From contig JBNZDD010013553.1 in NCBI GenBank assembly GCA_050575255.1, positions 505,508 to 569,507 of the forward strand: a stretch of DNA of 64,000 bases, given 5' to 3'. The notes beneath the pieces are model-generated. The model searched no databases. It was not told the origin of the DNA and saw nothing but the letters and a program-made list of their open reading frames with translations. Origin of the DNA: Harriotta raleighana (lineage: Eukaryota). Position numbers and translations under genes: made by a program. The number at the start of each line of letters is the position of its first letter. Positions within the stretch are counted from its first letter, which is position 1. This document shows positions 1 to 11,400 of this stretch, piece by piece.

Positions 1-477
1 GAGAGGGGGGGGGGGGGGAGAGGAGGGGAGGGAGGGTGCCTTGAAACTCTTTTTAATCAGTGTGAGTTAAGATACCAAAACTGCCTGTTAAGTGTAAGTG
101 TGTGTATGTATGTGTGTGTGTATGTATGTGGAGAGGGGAGGGAGGGGGAAAGCACTTATCAGTTCCTTGACTTTTGCTGCACTGTGAACTTAACGATTCC
201 TGGACGGGTGGTTTGGAGGGAGGAGAGTGCTAATGGGAGAGTTTCCTCACGCCAAGCAATGAGGAAGTGCTTTGTGTGTAACTGCCAGATGCATTGAGTG
301 ATGGCAAGCCAAAAGAGGAAGTTTTGCTGAAAGCATTGGCTTCAAGGGAGGGGAGGTGTGGGGGATCTCCACTGGAAGTGATTTATCTGTGCGCTGGCTG
401 TATCTCTGCCATGGTGGTTGGATGAGGCGTAATTGGGGTCCATAAATCTGCGGAAGCAGGAATAATAATGATAAAAA

Positions 478-792
478 TCATCATCTTTGCCTTTGATTTA
501 GTGCTTTGCGCGTCTTCTAGTTGTCTTGGAGCGCTTCACAATACAGTCTGCTGTACAGTGAATGAATTGTACATTTGTGGGTGAAACGTGGCAACCAATT
601 GCACGCAGACAGCGGTGTCCCACAAACAGTTGTGAATTGAAATCACCAATTTATTATTGTTTTTTTCAAGGGATTATTATCAGGCATGTGGAGTAAGGAA
701 ACTTGCCCAAGGTTTCGCCCTACCTGGGAATTGAACCCAGTTCTCTCGCTTGCAAGGCGAGTGCTCTTAACCACTGAGCTACAGGACTCCAC
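478..792 (-). mobile_element. tRNA-derived SINE with Deu-like core and L2-type tail
   Basis: Reverse complement shows A box (tagctcagtgg), B box (ggttcaattcc), tgtttgtggga...aattggttgcc core and tail; similar to 10554-10872 and 44940-45080. Confidence 0.85.
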
Positions 793-1289
793 ATTTTGGA
801 GTTGGAACATGTCTTACGTCACCAGATGTAAAAATCAAGTAAAGATGGTGATGTGTGTGAGCATGGGGGGAATAACGTAATGTGAAACCGTAAATCTCTC
901 GAAAATCCCCTGTTGTCATAATGCTCCCTTACAATTTTGCTTTGTTGTTTTACTCTCACAGTCAGGGTAAAATACCCCTGATGTGTCTATTTGTATCTAG
1001 GTCATTGTTAAAATTACTGCTACAGTATGTGCTTTGAACGACACTGGGAAATTATAATACAATAGAAGATCTGCAAAATTAATGTATGTATTAACATTGA
1101 TACAAAGAATCTATTTCCTGAGACTTGTCGATCGTGGAATTATCACTAAACTTCCTTCTTCCACTAGAAAAAAAAACTGAAGTTGTGGCTTACACCCTTT
1201 AGAAATACAGTATTGTGCACTTAAAGACTGGATGCCTGAAAATGACTCCACTTTTTTTTTAAATCCTTGTTTATGCAGATATACCTTTC

Positions 1290-1760
1290 CAGCGCCTTGG
1301 GACGTCCTCCTGACGTGAAACGCGCTCTATAAGTGTAATTTTGTTGTTGTTGTTGTTGCTTAAAGTAGGGGAGGTGGAAGGAGAGTGGGAAGAGTTAGGG
1401 GGGGATCTGAAGGCGCTGTCGAAGAGGAAGCTCTTTAGACTGGCCTTGAAGGAGGAAAGGGAGGAAGCAAGGCGGAGGGACTTCGGGATGGAGTTCCAGA
1501 GTGTCGGGGCAGAGAGACTGAAAGCCCGGTTGGGCGGTTAGGACTGTGGATGCGGAGCAGGCCTGAGTGCTGAACGGAAGGTACGGGCAGGCTAGTAGAG
1601 AGACAGCAGGTCAGAAAGATAGGTGGGGGCAAGGCCGTGAATGGCCTTGAAAGTGAGGACGAGGATCTTGAATTCGATCCTCTGGGGGATGGGGAGCCAG
1701 TGGAGACAGGCGAGGGTGGGAGTGATGTGGTCACGAACCCTGTTGCGGGAGGATTTACTT
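1290..1760 (-). mobile_element. L2-clade LINE 3' fragment (tail at 1290-1360 in opposite orientation)
   Basis: Minus-strand ORF HITPTLACLHWLPIPQRIEFKILVLTFKAIHGLAPTYL, typical of the L2 ORF2 C-terminus. Confidence 0.85.
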
Positions 1761-2371
1761 TTAAGACTGAGAAAAGTTGTGTCACTGTGAAACTTTTTTG
1801 TAATTGTTCTTAATCCTTGGCGCTGTCTGTCCTGACATAACAAGCATTTCCTAACTGCAAAAAAAATTGGCTCCTGTCGTGGTTGAGTGGTTATGCATGA
1901 TATTATTTATAGCTATCAAAGCTTCTCCATGTCATGGTCCCAATGTTTACTGACTTACTGTATTTGTATAAAGACAGTAAATGGAACATTAGTCATTGGC
2001 TATGACAGCTGTTTGTGATTCAGCTGTTGCTCACTGCATTAATATCGTTGTGCAGTCTGTAAAGCTGATACCTTTGGTTAGTTCTATTTGTTTTAATATG
2101 TCCCTAGAAATAACTGTGAATCTGTTCTTTCAGCATGATTGTTCTTTGCTTTCAAGTTTGGGTCAAAGTGCCCTTGTCCAGGCATTGGAACTGGTTACGC
2201 TCTGTTTGATTGAAATGTAGGTGTGGTACATTGGAGAGGCTGCTATGGAAAATGTCTAGATAGTGATGTTAACTTGACACAAATGCTTCCCTAGTAGCCA
2301 CATCCAGGATTACTGCAACTGTTATTTTTATCATTTCTTGCACCTGACTCCTGATTCTTAATATTTCTCAG

Positions 2372-2491
2372 GTAGATGCTCGCGAAGGTATTCTACGGGC
2401 TTACAGCAATGAGACTGCAGGTTTATCAAAGGACTTCTGTATTCTGTACAATCCTGAATGGACAGCACTTCCATCGTCTCTGGGCAATGCT
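2372..2491 (+). CDS. SPPL2A: SPPL2A exon 2 (VDAREGIL...DFCILYNPEWTALPSSLGNA)
   Basis: ctcag|...|gtaagt, 120 nt; resembles human DYCMLYNPYWTALP. Confidence 0.92.
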
Positions 2492-5400
2492 GTAAGTAAC
2501 AATTAATGGGTAGCAATTAAGCAAGGAAGCCCTTGAAGCAAATTGTATGCAATATTTTGTGAAAGGTTACATAAGGAAGGCGTAGATTTGAAGTATTAGC
2601 CTTGAATCCAAAGTCCTAAGGCGGGTTGTAAACTTGCAACCTTTTGACTCAGACGAGTACTACCAACTGAGCCAGGCTGAGGCTTAATATCGCTTGTGGT
2701 TTACAAGGTTTACTGTCGGTCTCCAAAAGATCTTACACAATAAGTGTTTGACTGTGTAGTTAAGGTGGTTTCATGTGGATCCTATCAGAGATGCTTCAAA
2801 CTAGAAGTTTTTGTTCTGGGATGGGTCATCTGTCATATTTAATGTTCGACTGTTCAACTGATCAACATCTGTGGGCATGTGCCTTAAATGGAGCTGTATT
2901 CTGTGTTTCCAGTGGCATCTTGAGTGAGGGACTTGGCTGTATTATTGGAAGGTGGAGATGGCCTTGTCTGTGTCGGTGATAACCAGGCATCCACAACAAA
3001 AAAATTGTATTTCTATAATGCCTTTCACATCAGAAGGATGTCCCAAGGTGCTGGACCAGTTAAGGGTATTGGAATCAATGGGCAGGGTGGGGCGTAGCCA
3101 AAGGCATAGCCAAAAAGGAAGGCTTGAGATAAGCCTTGAGGGAGTGGGGGGTGGTATGGAGTTCCAGAAGGTGGTGGCAAAAAGGTTGAAGGCTCGACTA
3201 CCAATTGAGTGGGGGGGGAAGTAAACCATGCAGGCCTGTGTCCATTGAGTGGAGGGAACTGACAGATGGGAAAGTGCTACTAGGTCACAGGGTGACCTAG
3301 GAGCAAGACTGTGAAGGTTTATCCTCAACAAACTTGTGCAGGTTGATTCATTTTTTTTTGTCTTTCCTAGACTGTGTATCGGCTGCAAATGCTGCCCTCG
3401 ACATTGCTGTGCAGCACAACTGACGTACCTCCGGAGCACCTGCACGGCATTGTTGTGGTGGAGAGAGGGAACTGCACGTTCACAACTAAAGCTAGGATTG
3501 CCCAGCAATATGGTGCCAAAGCTCTTTTGATTGCCAGCAAAGAAACTCTAGTGAGTCCAATTACAACTAATCCAGCTTCGCTTTAACAAACTTCCATTTT
3601 GTTCTATCACTTTATCTGTAAACAATGATCAACTGGAAGCCATAATATTCCCCTCTTCCACCAAACAGCATTGACATTCAATACCTTGTCAAAGGATGTT
3701 GCTGAACTTGGGTAGCTTTGTGCCCAATCTGTAATAGGTGTTTGCTAACTCGTCCAGTTAGACTGACCATACTCCTTAGCCACTTACTTTGGTTTCTATT
3801 TATTCTCATTTCTCTTGACAGTTATTTTTTCTCCTGGTGGGACAGGGTTGTCTTCCATTCTTCTAATCCTGGGTTCAATCTGAATAAATGCACCACTCGT
3901 CAAGTATATGTGATTTTTAAAAAGTTACAACTGAAGGCTTCATTTGTAAATGACTGCTTAATCAGTGCGGGCATAAATCTATTTCTGAATATAGCCCAAG
4001 TAGAGCAGATCAAGGCTTTTTTTTCAAAGGAGAGAAACTAATTCATAGGTTTATTACCTTGTGAAGATGCCCGTCATATTGAGCCTAAAATAGAAAGGAA
4101 TACAGGGTGTGGGGTAGTCAAAGAAACTTATGTGATTGATGATAGCCTTACAGTCTAGTAGATGCATTCTGCTTATCTGACCCGGGGAGGGGCTACCATT
4201 TGGAGGTGGCGGTAAATGGTTGAGTGAGTAAGGTCTGAACCTGGGCTTGATGCATTCTAGATTGATTTTTGTAGTTTGATAAGATTTGTGTTTTTGTAAG
4301 ATCTTATAAATTTGAACTGTGTTTATGAAACTGAGACTTATCTATTTTCCAGATTCCTCCCAGTGGTAATAAGTCTGACTATGAGGAAATCAATATTCCA
4401 GTGGCTCTCTTGCGGAATAATGATGTTGTAAACATGAAAAAGGTACCAGACTCTCACTATTTTATAATGTAATTTGGGTTTACTAGTTTTCATAAATACT
4501 CAATACCTCTTTCCCATGTGTTTTTAGGTGCTTGGAGGCAGCATTTCAGGAGTACTTTATTCACCTCCCGTGCCCTCTCTGGATTACAGCATTCTCGTAA
4601 TCTTTTTTATTGCTGTGACCACTGTAGCAGTTGGAGCCTATTGGAGCGGTTCTGAAGATTCTGGAAGGTGAAGTGCAGGTTCAGCCTCTCTTAAGATTGA
4701 AAACTGCCAAGTGTTAATTTTCAGTATTCTTTAATTTCCAGAACTATTGACAAATGTTCCCTTGTCTATTGCAATTCCTTATCAGAAGAGCACTGACATT
4801 ACAAAGATTGACACCTCGTATTAAGTCGATGTTTTCGTTTCATCTGTTTCTCCTTAGTCTGTTTGCAATGATTTGCTCTGTTTGCCCTGATTTGAATGAT
4901 CAGATTACCTGTCTTTGCCTGTTCCAATGTCTGGACAACGTTCACACATTGGTAAATTGGCCTTTCGCTTCATGTTTGTGGAATGTTGCTCTGCAAAAAA
5001 TAACTACTACAACATAGTCTCTGCATTCTACAGAAGTTTCTAACCGGTCGATTGCCGCTAGGTGGAGCTCTTGCGCACAATCAAAAAGACGAGAGGAATG
5101 AATTGTTGAGTCCAATTTAAAAACTAAGCCAGAAGCACAAAAGATTTCATGCCTCTCAAATTAAAACTATTAACTTTAATGTTTAAACTGTGGTAAACAT
5201 TGCTCCTTCCTCTTGCTTTTATTGAGCATGTACGAGATGCCACTTAGTGGCGACCAACTGTTTGGAAAACCCTGTTCCTCAGTATATCTTGTGGGGTACT
5301 TTTAGAGACTTCTCGACATTGCGATATGGCACTATTAAAGGCAACTCACGCAAACGCACACTCCTATTTCCTTGGGAACAGGCACAAACCTGGCAGCTCA

Positions 5401-8400
5401 CCGTCTGACTCTGGAAGGCGGCCTGAAGAATCAGACAGGAACAAGGACCAAACATTAATTCTCTCGCCACTCACAGTGGTGGTATTTGTTGCTATCTGTT
5501 GTGTGATGATTGTGCTGCTGTACTTCTTCTACAAATGGTTAGGTGAGTACGTCTGCGCAGCACAAGGTTATTGTATCAAACTGTTTCACAATTCAACACA
5601 TTAATAACACATCTACAACTTGGAATGCATGGTATAATTGTTACTTGTGATTATAGAATATTTTAGTTTTTTATTTGTCCTGACTACTCTGAACCAAATG
5701 TGTCATAACATCTGCCAATTTATTGGGGGAGGGGGAAATTATAATACGCTTAATTCTGAGACTCTGGGTAAATCATCAGCTATAGAGGGATGGGGGTAGA
5801 CTATATTAGGGTAGACTGATTGGGTGCAAAGGTTTCTGTGCTGTGGCACATTGTAATATCTCGACATGTGTCTTGGAACTTCTGATGCCTTCTCATCTTC
5901 ATGCTTTCTTCTCTCAGTGTATGTGGTAATCGCCATCTTTTGCTTGGCATCAGCAACCAGCCTATACAACTGTATGTCTGCAGTGATGGATAAAATACCA
6001 TATTGTAAATGCAGGTGAGCAGTGCCTTTTATCCTAATAATGTATACTGCTTTTTTATCTAGTTCTGTCCTGACCAACAATTGTCCAGATAAATTGAGTC
6101 ATTTCTTTTCTTGTGGTGTTTTTTGGGCATTGCTGAAGGGAAATGTTTGGCCGCGACTGACAGCAATTGGTTTTGATACTCTTGAGTATTATGGTGTGGG
6201 TTTCCACATGTGTCAAGATACCCAAGTGACCAAAACCCCCCCAAAATTGACAACAATTATTTCTGAAGATTTTCAGTGTGAATGATGCTATGGCAAACTC
6301 GTTTACTAAAAAAGTGATTGTTAATAATTGTCGACACCTTATTTTTGGGGGGCAGACTATCCTGTGGTCAGAGAAGCTTTGAGGTTCGATTGCTTTTCCT
6401 CGCTGCAATCTGTGCAGCTATCGCCGCGGTGTGGGTGGTATTCCGCAATGATGATCGGTAGGTATTGTGACTGATATTGCTCTCTTAATTCCTCACTCTC
6501 TACAAGTCCAATGCTGTCATAGGGGCCAAGAATGTAATACCCTCCTAATCTTCAAACTGTAGTGTTCCAATGAGTTTATTTAACTGGGGGGTGGGAAGAG
6601 TCTATTTCTACCTTTTTATAGACTAAAGATAACGCACTTTTGTAGCAAAAATTTTAAATTATGTCACACGTTTCAGTTGAACGTGTAGTTGACATTCTGG
6701 GAAAGTATCCATTGTTTTTAGAATTGTTATTATCTTGAGTGGCTTTAATATCAATGGAGTTGGAAAGCCAAGCATTTGAGTTACTGGGTTGTATTCCTCT
6801 ATTTCAGCTGGGTATGGATTCTGCATGACTTTTTGGGAGTTGCTTTCTGCCTCAACTTCCTGAAAACTGTGAAAATGCCTCATTTCAAGGTACCATGTAT
6901 ACAAGCAATGCAGCCACTTTTTCTTGATGCTATCAATATTAATGACATTGGAGTAATTGTGCACCGCTTTAGGCCACTTTTAAATTTTATTCCCTCCCTG
7001 CCACTTTGACATTGAATTCAATTTTTAAAAAATGTCATGCTATCTTAAAGTTTCAACACAAGTCTGCAGTTGCATCTTATTAATACTTTATTTCCTTCTT
7101 GTTCACAGTCGTGTCTTATTCTTCTGGGACTCCTCCTGATATATGATGTGTTCTTTGTGTTTATAACTCCATACATCACACCGGTGAGTAACTGCACACT
7201 TTCCGTAGTCATTCATTCTACTTGTGTTGGCTGCACAACAGATATCTAGTGTTTGCCTTAGAACAAGTACAATTGTATGGTGCTTTTTACATCACGACGA
7301 TAGACATACAGGTTCAGAACAGACAGTAATATTTCATGACATGATAAGGCCGTGCAAGTGTGTGTGGAGATGCAGATCTTTACCTTTAACTGATTGATTT
7401 GGTTGGTTTCCCTCTTAGAAAGGTGACAGCATAATGGTCGAAGTGGCCACTGGATCAGGAGCTGGCACAAGTGAAAAGGTGAAATAGAAACATTATCTTA
7501 AATGTGGACCTGGGTTTAAATTTTCTCTTACTAAAATTGTGCAGATGTGCTATGTCTTCAGACAAAACCCCTTAAATATTGGGTTTGATTCCAGAGTGAT
7601 GGAATGGGTTTGATTCCAGAGTGGTGGGACAAACCCAATGGAAGTTCTGTTGAGCCATCATCCTACTCCCACCATGAAAAAGTAAGAATTAAAATGCATC
7701 TTTCTGTGGGCCAGCAATTGATTATGAACCAGCTCTTGGTCGTTTTTCAGATCATACCTCCCAACTGGTCCTTGTGAAATTTGGGCCATGTTTGAAGTGG
7801 CTGCTTGTCCATATTACAATGGCATGCTCTATCCATCTGTTTTAACGGGGAGGAGAGATTCTAAATCCTCATTTTATGGAAAGAAGTGAATCGGGGAGAT
7901 GTACTCCATGAAATTAATTATTCTTTGGAGTTTTTTGTCGGCAGGCAGGTAAACTTGTTTGCTCGGGAAAAATATGTTGCTGTTGGGGGTAACATTTATA
8001 CCAATCTTTACTATACAATCCTTGTCATCTAGAGCTATTTTTTTGAGCTGCCAACTAAAGCTCACTTTGACTTTGCCATTTCTATGGAAATAGGACTCAA
8101 CAAAATAGGGCACATTTGTGATCATACCCCCAACTCTTTTCAGAAAAAAAACTGCAAGCCAGTAGAGAAATCCTTCATCCAGTCACCTTAGATTGAATAT
8201 GAACCCATGCCTCAGAGGTAAAAAGCAGTGTGGCACACTTGCCACATGTGGGAATTTCGCTTGGGCACTCAAAGCTGCCTTTTAGAGTGGGAGAGAAAGA
8301 GGAGCATGGGACAGTTGAGAGGTATTCTCTGGATTGGTTCATGATTTACTTGTATGAGTTATTCTTATAAAATTCTCAACTCATTCATTGCTTACATAAT

Positions 8401-11400
8401 ACCCAAAGCTTCACAAAGAGGTAACAGTTAATTTGGTGGCATCTATCATCAAGTAGTTGCAAAAGGTACTCCGAAATCTGCCTTGTATATTGATGCCAAA
8501 TGGGGGAGATTTTTGCTACTTTGCTTCTGCAACTATTTTCTATTCCTCGGCCAAAGCATGCTAGCCCAAAAATAAATGATGGGCTGTCGATAACCCCAAT
8601 CCTTTACATGGTGAATATAATTTCCTCCTGGACCCCATTTTCATACTGGTTTCATAATCGTGATTAGCTAGAAAGTTTTGCTCAGCTTTTCGGCTATATT
8701 TTTTTGCAGCATCGCCTCTTGTTAGTGTGCAACAAGAGCTCCCATCTTTCTCTTCCCCCCCACCCCAACCCTCACCACCTCTTATGATATGCTGTTTGAG
8801 CCCGAGTAAATCAAGGATTTGTTTATCCGTTGTTTATTGCTCCTTGATTCCATGCCATGCTATCACTTTCAAAAAGGAATATTAATTACAGTATTAAATT
8901 GAAGAATATTTACTTATTTCTTCTTTCAAAATTGATAAGATATTTGAAGTATTTCAGATTTAAATACTATTTTCATCCTTTTTTCAATTGGATTGTATAC
9001 CCTCACTCTGCACTGAAGTGTGGCATTGAATTGCTCTCTTATACCAGCTCTCTGATTCAAATGTCTGTTCTGTAGTTGCCAGTGGTTGTCCGAGTTCCAA
9101 GACTCATACCTTCAGCGATTACGTTGTGTGGAATGACCTTTTCTCTGCTAGGATTTGGGGATATTATTGTGCCAGGTGAACAACTTTTTAAAACTCTCCT
9201 AACTTGCATGTTCTATATCTTTTTTAAATATGTCATTTCATGTTAATTTTCACACAAGACTGTTCCAATTTAATGCATCTTGCTTTGTGTTAAACTTTAA
9301 ACAGATGTAAAATTTAGTGCTGTCTATAACCGTTGAGTAATGGAATAGGATTTACATAGCTGTTGAAAGAGGGGTAGTATTGGTTAAATGAAATACACAT
9401 TTTTCCAACAGCTGAAGTTTTTTTTATGCTTCACTGTCTGATCCCACTTGACATTTACACAGCTTTTGTTTGACCTTCGAATGTGTGTTCTTGCAGGATT
9501 GTTGGTGGCCTATTGCCGACGATTTGATGTACAGAGAAACTCCTCCAACATCTATTTTGTATCATGTACTATTGGTAAGTGCTTCCTAAAATCTGGTACG
9601 AAGTTCACATATACTACCTGTGTGAAGGGCGCTGTACAAATGCAAGTTGTTGTGGTAACTAATAGGATGGTAGTACACCATCAGGGACTGTTATGTTAAT
9701 ATAATCACCCACTCATCAGCGTACAGGCTCAATGTTCAAGAGGTGTTGTGGAATTATATGAATGAGTGGCAGATGGAAAGCCTTGTTGAGCCAGATGTGA
9801 GGGAAGATGCAACTACCTAATACATCATTGAAACATTATGCTCAAATTTAATGCTCCCATATCATGTGCTATCTTAATTATTAGTATATTTAGAAGAAAC
9901 CAATTTAAAAACCTGCCTCTGTTTCCCTCCCTACCACCTGTACAGCTCATGGCAAACCTTTTCAGCTTTGCAGTGGTTGCCATTTCCTTGTAATTTAATT
10001 ATCTAGTCTTCTATCGAAGTACCACAAAATGGGAATTTGCCTCCTACTTTACAGGAATCTGTGCAAAGGTGCAGGTTGATTTACACTCAAACTGGTTACA
10101 ATGTGTGCTCATCCAGTTAAACATCCTACTTTGAGGCTAGGATTTTCACTAAAGATCGTTTTAGAAGTTTCAATGTTTCAACTCTCAAATAAAGTGGCCT
10201 ATCAAGAACCTTTCTGTACAGTATTTCTGAAGTTTGGTTATAAGGATTTGTATTTTGGTGATGCTAACAAAGATAGATGTTGAAGCTACTTTAATTTTGC
10301 TTTCATGTATTTTGCAGCATATGCAGTGGGTATGATTTTGACATTTGTTGTTCTGATCCTGACCAAGATGGCACAACCCGCCTTGCTCTACCTTGTGCCT
10401 TGTACTCTCCTAACCAGTGCTGTAGTTGCCTGGACACGTAAGGAAATGCGAACATTCTGGAGTGGACACGGCTATGAGGTTAGCAGATTTCCTTAATGTT
10501 CAGGATTTGTATGGAACATAACTTTGTCCAGTTATCTCTTACTATCTAATGATGTGGAGCTCTGTAGCTCAGTGGTTAGAGCGCTCGCCTTGTTAGTGTG
10601 AGACCTGTATTCGAATCCAGGCAGATCAGGGTGAAACCTTGGGCAAGTTTCCTTACTCCTCACACCTAATAATAATCCGTCCCCAAAAAAACCCACAATA
10701 ATAAAAATTGGTCATTTTTAATCCACGACTGTTTGTGGGATACTGGTGTGCGCTATTGGCTGTCATGTTTTGCCCACAAATATACAGTCAATTCACTTTA
10801 CAGTATATTCTGTGCAGTGCTTTTAGATGTCAATATGATATTAAAAACACTGTATCAAATGCAAAAATTATTATGCAACTTGCTGAAATCTCTGGATTGA
10901 CTTCTAAATTTTCTTTTTTGAGTAGCATTTACAGACGTTTATACAGTAATTCATGTACTGCAGCAAGTGTTGCATACTAATGGTAGACATGACGCTTACT
11001 ATGCTAGATTTTTTAAAATCTGATTTTTTGGAGGGGGGGTTGGGAGGGGCTTGTACTCTTTCATTTGCTGTCTGATATTGTGATGGTGGGTTCTGCAAAC
11101 AGAATACCTTCCTCTTTGATTAGATCTTTATGAATCTAAAGACTAATGGAAACTTGCATGATAACTTCATGATTTTTCTTTCAACACAAACAATACCATT
11201 TGGTGTACACTTTGCCTCGTGCATTTCTTTTTTGTGACTTGAATCTCATTTTTTCAATGTTTCGGAATGATACAGTAGGATCAGCATAATGTCATTCCAC
11301 CTTTAGGACCCTGAATTCAGTACCTTGGGACGTTCTCGTGACGTGAAACGCGCTCTATAAATGCAAATTTGTTGTTGTTGAATTGACTCAAGCCCAGAAT

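Noticed and set aside
710-792. tRNA gene (also at 10554 and 44940)
   Set aside because: The tRNA-like heads continue into a SINE body and tail and the copies are mutually diverged, so they are SINEs rather than tRNA genes.
7581-7637. Short direct repeats (25-nt doublet here; others at ~27862-27900 and ~45426-45475) as CRISPR-like arrays
   Set aside because: Only two or three adjacent units, no unique spacers and a eukaryotic intron context; simple slippage duplications.
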